A stretch of DNA of 64,000 nt from Mobula hypostoma (GCF_963921235.1 NC_086097.1:130760001-130824000); one strand, 5' to 3'. Counted from the first letter of the stretch, positions 11,459-25,194 are shown. Notes: a model not told the origin generated them from the sequence alone. Made by a program: numbers and translations.

Positions 11459-11784
11459 AAATAAGTGATTGTTTACATTATGTATCCTTTTATTCTTTCC
11501 ACCTGAAAATACTATGCTCTCTTATGCTTCTGGTAATTCTTTTGAAACTGAGGCATGACAGGTAACTGCAATATTTCTGAAACATGAAATTTCACATAAT
11601 GCAGAAAGATTAGAGACTAGTTAGTCTTATTTCAGGGATACCCACCAACTGTTTGCCAACCTTTCATGCGGAGGAGAGACCAGTTTAGCAGACTCAGAAG
11701 TCAAAAATGTGAACAGAACACACCTCAACTTCTATATAGCAACAAATTGTAAAAGATTGTATGTTCATATCAACTATTAGGTAA

Positions 11785-12385
11785 AAGTGACAGGTTTTCT
11801 TGTAAGCACCAGCCAAACTTCAAGATCCTAGGCATCAACATTTCAAAGCAAATATCCTGGACCCAACATATTGATTAAATCATGAAGAAGGTACACCAGC
11901 AGTTATACTTCATTAGGAGTTTGAGGATTTGGTATGGTACTAAAGACTCCATCAAATTGGTTATATCATCCCCTGGTATAGAGGCTTCAATGCACAGCAC
12001 TGGAAAAAGCTGAAGAGGGTTGCACTCAGCCAGCTGTTTTATCGGGACTAGGCTCCCTATTATTAAAGACATCTTTGAAAGGCAGTGCCTCAAGAAGGCA
12101 GCATCTTTCATTAAGGACCCTCACATCCAAAACATGCCCACTCTTCTCATCACTACCATCAGGTAAGTAGTACAGGAGCCTGAGGCTGCACACTCAACAT
12201 TTTAGGAACAGCTTTCTCCCCTCCCCATCAGATTTCTGAGCCGTCCATGAACACTAGCTCATTATTTTGTTCTCATTTTGCACTACTTACCTTTTTGAAA
12301 TTTAAAGTATTTTTACCAATTACGCTGCTAGGAAACAAAAAAAATCATGAACGTTATGAACAGTGATAATAAACCTGACTCTGAT
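11785..12385 (+). mobile_element. Rex1/Babar-like LINE 3' fragment
   Basis: Decayed FKILGINIS...SW and QQLYFIRSLR peptides; (CTGATT)-type tail. Similar to the copies at 44.5k and 59k. Confidence 0.7.
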
Positions 12386-12916
12386 GTGCTATTAACTCCT
12401 CACCTAAATCAGTGCCTTGCTAACTTAACAAGAACAAAGGTTCAGAAGGCTAAACAACTCTTATTGGCCAGAAGTCACAAGAATGATCACAGCATTTTTC
12501 ACTCAAAGCTGACCGATGGTCTCAACAGTGGCTTATGAAGCTGCACAAACTACTCTGGAAAAGAACTACTATTGAGGCTCACTACAGTTGCTTCCTTCCA
12601 GTGGTTAGAGAGCCACATGATCCAATGGTGAGCTTCCTACCTTTCTGAAACCAAGCTCTCTGTGAATCAGTTCTCCTGGGGAAAAGTTGGAGGTGAGAGT
12701 AAATGAGAGAAACATTTTTAAAAGATTTAAAACTGATGTTATTGGAATATACTGTGTCATGTAACCAAGAATTAAGTTGCAAACTACATGGAAGACATCC
12801 TGAATAAAACTAGGCTTCAGAGAAAATTTCATGTGCAAATTGGTATGTATCGGTTCAAAAATCACATGAGCAACATCTATTTGAACATGGTTACTGCAGC
12901 TGATGTACAATTATAC

Positions 12917-13000
12917 CTCAAAATCCTGGTACTGCTCTTCTGTTAGGGATTTTTTGGCTACCACTAGTGTCCGTAATCCTTCTCTTGCCATGTTCCCGCA
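12917..13000 (-). CDS. ATP9B: ATP9B internal exon (84 bp): [28 protein letters not shown]
   Basis: Translated by hand. EGLRTL motif. Acceptor TTCCAG|, donor |GTATAA. Confidence 0.95.
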
Positions 13001-13324
13001 CTGGAAAAGTGATGGTAAAAGATCATTGCTTATGAATATTAAACAATTTTCTAGAGCATTGATGTATCATACATCTTTAAGCTGTGTATATACATGATTC
13101 TCTTCAAAGAAGAGGCAAGACTACAATATGCCATATACCACAAAACCAAACATTGTATTTAAACCTATTTCCATTGCTTGGAAAGTCAGTCAAAATGCTT
13201 GTTACAAATGTGATTTGGGTGGTCACCTTGACTGAAAGGAACTTGAAATTGTGCAATCAAGTTGAGAGGCAACCATTATGGTTTGAGCAGGATTGATGAG
13301 CTGTTTGGAAAAGCCTACTAGCTC

Positions 13325-13530
13325 TGGCACAGTGCACTACAGCCCAGTGACCAGGGTGCAATCTTAACATCTTGCACTGTGTGGGGTTACCACTGTTTCT
13401 GAGACCATTTGGCTTTCCTCTGGGTACTCCAGTTTCCTCCGAAGTAGCAAATACATGCAGATTGGTAGATTAACTGCTCCCAGTGGACAGCTGAGTGGCA
13501 GAATCCAAGAAAAGCTGATAGGCCTATGAT
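13325..13530 (+). repeat. tRNA-derived V-SINE, degenerate
   Basis: 'tttcctctgggtactccagtttcctcc' V-core after a tRNA-like head. Confidence 0.6.
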
Positions 13531-13604
13531 AGAATAGTCTGTGAGAATCATGTCATCTGCAGAAATTCGCTGATGACTCAGCAATAGTTGGATGTATAAA
13601 AGGC

Positions 13605-14352
13605 GGACAGGAGGATGCATACATGGCCCTGGTGGAGGACTTTGTCAAATGGTGCAAGCTGAAACATTTGCAGCTCAACATCAGTAAGACAAAGGAGATA
13701 GAAGACTAAGCCTGCACTGCTTCCTGTTACTACTGATGGTGAGGACCTACAAGTACCTGGGGATGCACCTGGATGACAGACTCGAGTGGAGCACTAACAC
13801 AGAGACCGTGTACAAGGGCCAGAGACCTCTCTACTTCCTGAAGAGACTCAGGTCCTCCGGCATATGCAGGCCTCTCCTTCACGTCTATTGTCACCAGTAC
13901 AATCTTCTATTCAGTGGTGTGCTGGGGCAATGGCAATAATAAGGGTGATGCCAACAGGCTGAATAAACTGATTAGAAAGCCTGGCTCTGTTACAGGAGTC
14001 AAATTGGACACACTGGAGGCTGTGGTAGAATACGGAAGATCCTGGCAATTCTGGACAATGCTTCTCACCCTCTGCATGCCACCTTGGCTGAACAGAGGAG
14101 CAGTTTTAGTATATTAAGACAACTACACTGCTCCGAAGAGCTCTATATGAGGTCATTCTTACCCCCAGCCATTAGGCTCTATAATGAGTCAACCTATAGC
14201 AGGGGAAGTGATGACCCCCCCCCCCCCCATTAGACTGTTTGTGGTAACTTATTTTTTTATTCTTTCTACTTCTCTTCTAATATTTATACCTGTGCACTTG
14301 TAATGCTACTGTAGCACTGTAAATTCCTTTTGGGTCAATAAAGTATTTATCT
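13605..14352 (+). mobile_element. Rex1/Babar-like LINE 3' fragment (different subfamily)
   Basis: LQLNISKTKE, YKYLGMHLDDRLEWSTNT, LYFLKRLRS, VCWG...RLNKLIRK peptides; AATAAAGTATTTATCTA end. Confidence 0.72.
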
Positions 14353-15834
14353 AGTGTAGGATTGATGCAAATGGTTGGTAGGGATTTGGTGGGCTAGTGC
14401 TGTATCTTTCTACAACTATGACCTGCAATGAGTTATTCTCCTAATTTACTTTGTTTATAAGAATTTCTGGGCTTAATGCTACTCTGCTTTTAACAAATGG
14501 ATATTGCATTCAAGTGCCTAAATGAGTTTGGCCATGACATTTTAATGTATCTCCACAATATGCTGGAGGCTTAAACAAAATGTAAATAAAAGGACCTTTG
14601 GTTTGAACTGTGGAATACATGTGCTCATAGACCTAGGAGGAGTGAGGACACAAATTATACATATTCTGTACAGGGAATGGTTTTTCTTAATTTTGTGTTC
14701 TCTAATGAAAAGGTTTCTTATAAATTAGAAAACCAGGTAAGAAACTAAACTCTAGAAATGTGACTGCACACCTCATCTTTTCATGTATTACATAGGAATC
14801 TGCCTCCAATTTGGTAGTCAAGAATTGTGTACACATCACCAGTTGTTTAGGGTGTCATACTGGAATTAAGGGCATGCAGTTGGGGGCGGTGGGAGTATGT
14901 CTGAGAGCTTCTGTGTAAAACTGGGCAGCCGTGAACAGAAGTGACACCAATTGCCTGCAGGTCCCCTCAAGTTACAATACGGTTGCATTGCTGAAAACTG
15001 TAACCTCAAAAGGTTTCAAGTTGGAACTGCAGATGTAAACTGACTTCTCTCATGGCATAATGTGTTTGTAGAGATGGGTAATCCCATAGCTACAGATAGG
15101 CTGGAGAAGCATTTAACAAATTTAGCCAGAGTATATTTTGGGCTAATAATGATATTCTTTTGAAAGATTTTAGTGCACACAAGGTTTTAAATGCTATCGA
15201 TGTTTCTAAGAACACTGCTGCTGGCATGGATGTCGTGCCTCTGGACAGGATTCACAAAATGAACATCAACATGTTAACTATAATGGATTCGTTTTGGGGC
15301 TGATGTGGCAGGACTCCAGCTAGTGTCAAGAACAATCACCTGCAGCTTGGCAGCAGCCGGTAAAGCCATCCTACTGATCTCTCAAATGCTCACTCGTACG
15401 TAGGGGCTGTAAACGAACCAGGCACTGGTAAGCTGAGAGGATCAGTACTTTCATCTTCACAGTTTTCCTTAAAAGGTTCTGCTGCTAATCAATAAGCAAG
15501 TGTACCCTTCAAATTAGAACTGCAGAAATGACCTCACACTCTCACTTCTCCAACTCAATGTTGTTGCTATCCCTGGTTTACATTCTCTTCCCCTTTAACA
15601 ACCTGAGGGGTGATGCTGGTTGATCACAGCCCAAAGCTAGAAGTCCCTTTATCAATTAGCAGTCTGAAGATGCCTCATATATGTCCTAGCTTGCCAATCT
15701 AATTTAAATGAGAAAAGAGACCCATTATCGGGGGCATCTTGGGCCAATCAATCAGGCATCAGAATTTTCTCTGGACCCAGTTTGTATATCTTTCCTTGAA
15801 TGTTAATTCCCACCCCCTCTCCAATGGTACTTAC

Positions 15835-15927
15835 CTCTTCTTCCAGCCAATCATTGTACTGCACAATGCTTGACATTGCCACATCCGCACCTTTCATGTA
15901 GAATGCAATTTCCCCCGAAGAATCATC
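15835..15927 (-). CDS. ATP9B: ATP9B internal exon (93 bp): [31 protein letters not shown]
   Basis: Translated by hand. KGAD nucleotide-binding motif. Acceptor TTTTAG|, donor |GTAAGT. Confidence 0.95.
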
Positions 15928-17324
15928 CTAAAATTTAACGGAAATTCAGGGGAAAATTTATAAAAATACCAGAACATTCCCATTTTCTTCTCATGCTTTT
16001 CCTTCTCATCATTCTTCTCTGTCATTTATTAAAACCCCTGAATTCTGTGATATGTTCACCTTCTCTCATTCAACATGAACCCAGAGCTTTGCCTCAGTTC
16101 AGAATTCTCTACCATTCCTAAAACTATAGCCTTGGTGTCATAATTTCCCGACCTGAAATTGAAACTTCAGTTTTAAACCAACATAGCCAATAGTTAATGG
16201 CTTTTTCTTCAGCAGACTAAATCTGAATCAGAACTAAACAGCATTTTACCAAGCTAAATGCCACCTTTATCATTTGTATGTTTCCAGATACGAGTTATAT
16301 TTTGAGTTCAACAGATCTTTTTCTGTGCCAATTATCGGACACCATTCCTATGATTTTCCCTATACTTGGTGTCATCAACATATGCTATATGTCACAGTGT
16401 GTCAGAAATCACAAAAACATTAAAACTGGGAAAATGGAATGTTCATGCTTTGAGAATTAATCATGTTGGAAGGATTAAAACCTGATCTGCGTGCTTTTAG
16501 ACACTGGTGCTTGCAACATGTGGAAATGGCAATGGCAGTACCTTGACCAACTTCCTCATGGAAAGATCTTCAATAGGGTATGGATGCAAACACTTCAAAA
16601 CAGTCAATATTTTTTTCTAATCATATTTCTATCTTTTTTTGTGATTTAATCCTTCAAGAATCATATAAAGACACCGTAATCTCTATACACTAGGGTTCAA
16701 AGAACTACTGGTAATAAGTAAATGCGTGGGAATGTAGCATTGGATTTGACGAACACAATCACTTGAATGTGTCAGGCATGAAACGCACATTTGGGTTTGG
16801 GAGGAGAGTGGAATGAAAATTATTGAACGAAGGGCTTGGTACAGTTGAGTGTTAAAAATATTGTAATTCTGCCTAACAGCACGTCTTCAGAAGATTTTGA
16901 CAATACTCCGAAGTGCAACACAAAGCAAACATATCAATACTAATTTTGCAACCTGTGGGTGGACTCAAATGTGTACTGGTTTTATGACCATATTTTCTCC
17001 AAGTTTAGTAGTTTTCTCATTCACATTTCTAATTTACATCACATTTACAATCTTCAATTTGCAGGCGTTTCCATTACTTGAGTACTGAGAACTTATCTTA
17101 CTTCTGCATTTACTACTGAATGCTTCATACATTTTACTTTTAGCTAGCTCAAGCTAGGAGAAGCCCAATGCACACAATGGGATTTCAGAAAGAGCCACCA
17201 GCAGTTGGCTTTGTTGACCAAAAACTGTAAGACCTTTCTACCGAAGTAATTTACCATTTTAGTCGGGAAAGCATTTTATAAAACATTGGATTTATATTCA
17301 ACTACAACAATTTATAAAACTCAC

Positions 17325-17486
17325 TCTGACAATGATGCCCATTCTTTTGCTTTCAGATGTGAATGGAAAGACCTGTAGAATGATGAATGGAAGTATTTGT
17401 CCACCAGGGGTCTTCAGCTGCATAGACGACAGATCCCTGCTTACTAATGTCAGGCCTACACTCTGCGTCCACTGTACGAGAGCCAC
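17325..17486 (-). CDS. ATP9B: ATP9B internal exon (162 bp): [54 protein letters not shown]
   Basis: [11 protein letters not shown] motif. Acceptor TTTAG|, donor |GTGAGT; phase 0/0. Confidence 0.95.
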
Positions 17487-19029
17487 CTAAACAATGACCA
17501 AAGGTCAATTACTATTTTGTGTCTACAGCACTGAACACATGCACACAAAGGTCAAAGGTGATCTACTTTCTGATATCTAACCAGAGGTCAAATGTCTGAA
17601 AGCATATCAGTCAAGTGAAGAGAATTATACATCATGTGATAGTACAGAATAAACAACATTCTTTTAGAGCAAGTAATGAGTTTAAGAGAACAGATTAAGA
17701 GAACATAAAACAAACTTGACTTAAACACTGATAACTAAAAGAAAGGCTTAGAGAATATAAAAGACATCAATTGCTGTTTGATATTACAAGTTGGCTAAAA
17801 ATGTACCAAACTAAAAATAAGTTTCCCCATTTTTAGAATTGTTTTGCTGATATCTACTACATCTGGCATTTTAATTATATCACTCACATTTTGTCAGATT
17901 AGACGGGGAAAGGAGATGATCTCAGTGATCACATGTTAAATCTAACATGGTGTTGATGACAACAGTGTAAATTCATAGCCATGTCAACTGGAAACATAAG
18001 CAGGATGTTGCACAAGATCGATTAGCAGCCTATCAAAATACCAGGACGGGTCTCAGGTTTCCGATTATAACTAAACATATTTACCATAATTAAAACTGAA
18101 AAGCATGCATTAAAACTGCTTGCTACTTAACATGTCTGAACTAATGCGATTATCTTTATGAATGGTCCACTTTATATGTCTTTGCTTCTAAAGCAGTGTT
18201 TTTGCAAACTGCAACTAAATATGACAAGGTTAGAATTTTAAGCTTTTCTTTCTAATAATTTAATCACTCTCTACAATCTAAAGTAGCATTTCTGCCCCAC
18301 ATTAATCAAGCTGAACGTCCTTGGATTTTTTTTTAAAGATTTTCACCTATTATGTAACTTGCTAACTGGGTAGGTTGAAATCATTTTTGTACACTCATTT
18401 ACTCATTTAAAAGTTAGTCATTAAAATCATTGTAATTACAATACTATAATTTTTTGTGGTAGAATAACTTTGCACAGGATGTTGTCAGCTGCAAATGATT
18501 CAATACTCAAAGATTCATTTCCAATTTGTTCTATGAAAGGTTGCTATTACAACTTGACCTGTAAATTGTATCCCTGCTAATACACTATCATTTAATGTTA
18601 TGTCCCATTGTACTAAAGGATAAAGTATGCTATATTTGGTGAATCACATCTGTTTATTATTGAATCTCTGGTTTAACAGGCTGTCTGAATTAGCAGTTTT
18701 CACAATAGTTATCGAAGTCTGTATTACCTGTCTAAGAGAACCTGTATCACCCTATTGTAAGTCTATAATTGCTTGGTTAGCATATAGTATATAGGACAAA
18801 CAGTTCAAGTCAATATACACACAAATGATAAGATTTACCAGAAAACAGAGAAAATACCATTTGTGAACAATATTCCTCTAAACAATACGGTAAATCATCT
18901 CCCTATGCTGAAATCAGTCAGCAATAGACAACTAACCAAAGGTGCTCTTTTGTTTAGGGATTAATGAAGCAGGGCTACTTTCAAATATATTACCTTTGCA
19001 CAAATAGACAGAATAATTTGACTGAAATT

Positions 19030-19745
19030 TGACAGGAAACCTAGAAACCCAATAAAGAGGAGGAACCTGTCACTACTACCTGTCTTCCCTATACTTGCAC
19101 AGTTTCTGGAAGGATCGGCAGGATCCTGAAGAAATACTGGATCAATATCATCCAGACACCTGTAAGGAAACTCAAATCACAGCTTATGGGGGTCAAAGAT
19201 GACGTGGGACTCGGGTTGGCTGGCGTTTACAGGATTCCCTGTGAATGTGAAGCAGTGTATAACGGCCACACAGGACACATGGTGAAAACCTGCATTAAGG
19301 AGCACAGGAGGTGTGTCCGTTTGGGTTACCTGGAGAAATCGCGGTTACAGAACATTGAATTCACAATGGCCATACGATTGACATTGACTGCACAAAACTA
19401 CTGTGCTGCGCCAATGATTTTTGGGATCGTCTGGTGAAGGAAGCCATTGAAATAAAACTAGAGGAAAAGATTTTTAACAAAGGCGAAGCTTTCGCTTTAA
19501 ATAAGAACTGGAATTCGATTGTAAACTAGGTGGGACAGCGGAAACCTGAATGGATGAGGACTAACCAATACAGAGGGACGGACGCCAGTGGTATAAATAC
19601 CACTGAACCAGACATGCCCAGGCATCGTCCCTGATGAAAATGGCAGAGTTGGTCATTGAAATGTCAGTTAAAATTGATATCTGTACCTGGCTGGAAGCCC
19701 GGAAAGAGTTTATTCGTCATATATGCCAGGAAAGCACTAGATCCT
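19030..19745 (+). mobile_element. Second Penelope-like family, 3' fragment (GIY-YIG end + terminal repeat)
   Basis: GVYRIPCECEAVYNGHTG...IKEH is a decayed GIY-YIG motif. Downstream hammerhead-like CTGATGA...GAAATGTC at 19631-19665. Confidence 0.75.
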
Positions 19746-20669
19746 TTACAGTGTCCTTATCAATATTAAGCAATTTGCATATGAAAATATTCATCTAAAA
19801 TACAACTCAGTTACGATTGATGCTATATTTATTCCTTTAACACTGTGTTCGGCCCTGCTCCCCGGCTATCAGTGACAGTGATTATTTTCAACAGCTAGCC
19901 CTTCGGAAAAGAATCACGTCCAGGTCAGACCAGGGAGGTGGCAGGTCCTTGACTGAAAGGCATTACTGAACCAGTTGGGTGTTTACAATAACTGTTCATT
20001 AGTTTTTTTTCCCCCTGGTATTAGCTCATCAAATACCAGCTTCATTGAATTCAATTGCACAGCTTGCCATGACAGAATTTTTGGAACTCTTTAATGACTA
20101 CACTACTGTATCCTTATGAGTCTCCATAGCATCATTAATGGGAATCAGAGAATGCAGTGTTCAATAATGACAGGAGCATTATACTAAGAAACATGCGTGA
20201 TCACCACTGGCAATAATAATCACATCTTCCAAGGACAGCTTCCCAACTAGCCTGACACACACTCATTTATATGCTCTAACTTGTTTACCTTTTGCAGAGC
20301 TGTTCCAGACTTTAATTTGTTTCTCTTGCATGACATTCTCCCTATCACCATCTACACTCTATTCCTGCATCACTTTGAAGCAAGCTTGTTTGGAGCATCT
20401 AGGTCTTTTTGAAGACTATGCAGGGCTGTTGGAGGTGTGAACCAGAATCAGAGACAGGCATTTCCAGAGTTGGTACACAGCAAAAATCAAAGGAAAATTC
20501 AGAATAGAAGAGATAGACTTCGCAACTGGGAGAGTGGTGAAAGAATGTCTATGCATCTAAGAATGGATAAGGTGTAAAGGGAAAGAACAGGGGAGTTCTT
20601 TCTTGCAATACTGTAGGCTCAGTGTGCGCTCTGAATTACCTGAACACCAAAATTGCTACTATAGTATAA

Positions 20670-20880
20670 TCCATCTTCCCCATCACCTGGTCTCACCTAC
20701 CATCACGTGCCAGCTTCTATTCCTCCCCCTCCCCCACCTTCCTACTCTGGCTTCTGTTCCCTTCCTTTCTTAGTCTTCACGAAGGTTCTCGATCTGAAAT
20801 ATTGACTGTGTATTTCTCTCCATTGATACTGCCTAACTTGCTGAGTTTCTTCAGCATTTGGTGTATTACTCCAAGACATT
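20670..20880 (+). repeat. Degenerate Penelope terminal-repeat/SINE-like fragment
   Basis: 'agtcttcacgaaggttctcgatctgaaatattgactg...gatactgcctaacttgctgagtttcttcagcatt' aligns by eye with 11358-11450 and 27844-27939. Confidence 0.6.
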
Positions 20881-22532
20881 TACGACTTTATCTGGCTCTG
20901 AGCGGGTGGCATGCTTATTTAATAAACTGAAATCTGGGAATTACTTGGGAAAATAATCATTTATAATATAATTAGATTCGCTGCATGAATTCAAGAACAG
21001 TAAAGGAAAACCAGTAGAGGATGTTTGAAAACTATCGATAAGATGACAAAAAGGAATGATGTGATTCACTGAGAGGAGGAATCGGCAAACTGACCCACAA
21101 GCGAATAATGGGATGTATTTAAATTCATGAGGAACAAATCAAATATATTTGTGTCTTGAGGAAGGTCTTCAAAAGGGAGAAGGGATAGATAGGGAAGGAA
21201 TTCCAGAGGGTGGGGCCTAGTTGACTTCAGTGTAAGGTTAAAATGGGGAAGGAAATTGACACAGAAAATCTGGTGGTGGGATGGGGGGAAAATGAAAGAT
21301 TGTAGGGTTGATAGTGGTTTGAGATGAGAACCGCAAAAAGCAGGGATCTAAAAGACCCAAGAAGAATTGAAAAGGGAGGTATTCTATTACTCATATTCCA
21401 GTTGTGGATTTTCTATACAAGATTAATGCCGAAAGGAGTATGTGTTGATGTGATGCTCCGATAACTCATGTCAGTGTGTTCTGGTTATGAGGCCCTCCAT
21501 CCACTTGTCTATCTTGGGACAATGAGAAGTCAAAATTGCGGCTTCAAATTTCAGTGAGCTGTGGAATACTAGGAATTGATGTGACAATTGACATAAAATA
21601 GGATTAAAATTGCGAACAGTTGAGTAAATAAAAACAATATAACTTCATCGCAAAGGAAGCCCCTCATTCAGGCACTCACGTTAGAACAATTTATATTTTA
21701 CGAAATATTAATCTATGGCTTTCAGATTCTGATTGATCCAAATAATTGACTTTTTTAATTCCAAGGCTACTTTAAAAAAATAGTGACATTATTTTTAGAA
21801 ACAGATTTTGGGAAAACAGAAAATGAAAAGTGTTATTTTCATTTTTACAGATGAAAGTTTTATTTTCAGATATGGTTTTAAGGGGGAAAGTGATATTACA
21901 ATCTTCCCCAGAAACAGAACCTTAAATGTTTTTTTGCATTGATAACGCACATTTGAAGAAGTTATTTTTTACTTAATATCACAAAGAGAAAAACATTCCT
22001 TCTGCTTCAAACACCTTTTTAATGTTTAAGGGATTCAATTCTTGATCAATAATTACAAGAAAAAAATTAACAATTTGGCTATTTTATATCTGCCACTTAA
22101 TTTTGACATTTAATCCGTTGTCATTAACCACTTTCTAAAGATTTTATTCAATGGTACCTTACTTAACTAATAAACACATCTAAGTCACAAATGTACAATT
22201 AGGTTAATTGTCTGTGCACAGCCATTAGACAAGTTTCACAGGATGCCAATCAAAAGTGGCCAATTTTTCGTTCTGCCATGCACAGCTAGTGAAGTGAGAG
22301 GAACTTCACTGCCCCTTCTCAGGTCAGAATCGAGCAAACTGATTAGGGAATCGGAACCTGCCTTTCTTCACTCAAAGTGAACCAGTATGTAAGTGGTAAA
22401 TTAATTTACAAAAATGATTTCTTCTAGCCAATATCTTTACTTCCCACCTTCGAAATACTGTTGAACATTCCCCAACTGATTTATGCCTTACATGTACAAT
22501 GCCTCTGCTATATTTACTCAACTCCCCTCAGT

Positions 22533-22890
22533 CAGAATCAGATTTATTATCACCGGCATGTGACGTGAAATTTGTTAACTTAGCAGCAGCTGTTCAATGC
22601 AGTACATAATCTAGCAGAGAAAAAAATAATAATAATAATAATAAAAAACAAGTAAATCAATTACATATATTGAATAGATTTAAAAAATGCCCCAAAACAG
22701 AAAAAGTGTATATTAAAAAAAGAGTGAGGTAGTAGCCAAAGATTCAATGTCCATTTAGAAATCAGATGGCAGAGGGGAAGAAGCTGTTACTGAATCGCTG
22801 AGTGTGTGCCTTCAGGCTTCTGTATCTCCAACCTGATGGTAACAGTGAGAAAAGGGCATGCCCTCAGTGCTGGAGGTCCTTAATAATGGT
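22533..22890 (-). mobile_element. Rex1/Babar-like LINE 3' end
   Basis: Reverse complement of the 3' UTR seen at 45060-45365; 'tcagaatcaga' tail. Confidence 0.7.
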
Positions 22891-22929
22891 CCTTAGAATT
22901 CTGACTAAAATTTGGAGAGAGAATTCCAA

Positions 22930-23145
22930 ACACTTACATATAGAGCACAGTAGAGTACAGCACAGGAACAAGCCATTCAGCCCACAATGTGGTGCCGAGC
23001 CAGCTAAAAGCAAACCAAAAAAGCACCCAGACACTAATCCCTCCTTCCTACACCATGACCATATCCTTTCATCTTCCATACATTGATGCACCTATCCAAA
23101 CGTCTCTTAAAAGCCTCTAATTTGCTCTGTCACCATTCCAGGCAT
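22930..23145 (-). repeat. CR1-type 3' end fragment
   Basis: Reverse complement resembles 8420-8568 (GGGCTGAATGGCTTGTTCCTGTGCTGTAC). Confidence 0.6.
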
Positions 23146-25194
23146 ATAAAATCATTTAAATTATTTGAGTGGCTTGTAATATTACATTTGCATATTAAAT
23201 CAACATTGAAATATCAATTTCAAGTTTAGAGATGCTCGTGTATAAAAAGAAATATTTTCATTTACCAACCGATATTTAAAATTTCAGGTTTTGACACCAG
23301 ACAGGTACACAGAAAGATGGATATCCTTAAATCATTAATTGCTAAACATTTTGCAGCAACTCCCATATACTGGAAGATGGAATACACTGGATGGTTACTT
23401 TATTGCAGCTTTACAAAATGAATTGAGGCTGTTATGGACAGACAAGTGGTATTGTGTACTGATTGATAAAGAAACCCTCTCAATTCACAACCAGGTTAGC
23501 ATCAAATATGCTGCTGGGATAACAAAATGAACTAAGTAAATTGTCCAAGAGATGCAAAGTGCTTATTTATCTACTTTAATACTCTTTAATTGCAACTAGT
23601 ATAGCAGGTATTAACAATTTAAACCACCATTTAAGTGCCTGTTCCCTTTCAATTTTGTGCCAACTTGTTTTGAATAGAAAAAGGTGTCTTCCTGTAATAC
23701 ATTTTATGTCTTGAGAAAAATAATTAAAATAATTTTTACCAGAAATCACTAAAATTTATCAACAGTAATTTGTTACAAGGACGAAGAATATCAAAAACGT
23801 ATTGCAAGACATTGAGATAAATGAAAGCAAAAGTTATTAAAACAAATACATTTCCATCTTCCACTAAAAAATTAGGTTTACAAGAATACTTCAAGGATTT
23901 ACAGTTAAACACTACTTTCATAGCAAAACACCAGCGGTATATTAGTTTTTAGTGTGCACCCTGTACCAGCTATTATCTGTGCAACTAAAATTAATCACTA
24001 ATGGTGTCCATTTTTCCACGTTTTACTGAACTGAGTATAGTATATATAGATTTAGTACAAACATATCTTATACGAAACTGAGATTTCGGTCTAAACACAT
24101 TCAAAAAACACAAACATAGTTTTTAAGAAAGTCAGATTCTTATTCACAATCCCGCAAACAAAAACCATCGATTAAATGCCCTGATTGGCACTAATACCCT
24201 AGGCATTTGACCATAATGCAAACACACTTATAAAAATAGTATTTTTATACATAATCTAACAACACAATTAAGATTTTGGAAAGCCTAATATCACTCTTTA
24301 CATGATAAATTACTATTTTATGAGAATAAACAGCCACTAAATATCATGACCAATCATTCCCCTTTGACCAGGGATCAGAGGTTTTCAGAGGCACTGTTCA
24401 AAGTATGCCCTTGTATTACTAGGCTTGTGACCTTTGTACTTCATCAGACTATTCACGTAGTTTATCTCCATTTATGCTTGCCCTTTACATTAGGTCAGTG
24501 TACCTGTCTAACAGAAAATGATGATGAATTTTACTTAGAGGGTATATAGTCATGTCCATAAAGCTCAACTTTAATATTGCTTATCCTCAACATGTTTGTG
24601 AACATCGCATGCGCAATTTATAATAGTGTACCACAGCAGTATCTATATTTGCACAACAAAATGAACATTGAGAACTAATCATCACAACTACAAAAGCAAT
24701 GAGATTTATCATTAGAGAAGAGTTGTGACTCCAAATTCAGAGATATGTAATTAATGTACTCAACAGATATATACAGAAAACATTTATATTAAAAAAATTA
24801 GAGGATAAGCATTAAACTATAAAAAGCTCATTCATGTGCATTCACTTTTGCTTTTTGGGAGCTTGAATAATCTGAATAATTTAGAAGTTAAAAGATATGA
24901 GTGTAACTCTGGCCTTTTATGAACATAAAATGGAAATGAGAAAAAAAAGAATAATTCTTAATAATTCTCTCACGTGGATTGAAGTAAAAATTATTGTCAT
25001 ACATTGGTATCAAAGATAGAACAATTCCCACTTGTTTACCTCAACATACTTCCTGTGTTTAATCTCACAACTGTGCTATCAGTATCAAATTTTGAAGTTT
25101 GCACTTAAGCATTTTCAAATAGTCAAAGTTTTAAAAATAAATGGAATCTAAAAAGGCACACAAAAATTCCAGTATTTCATTTATAAATCATAAC

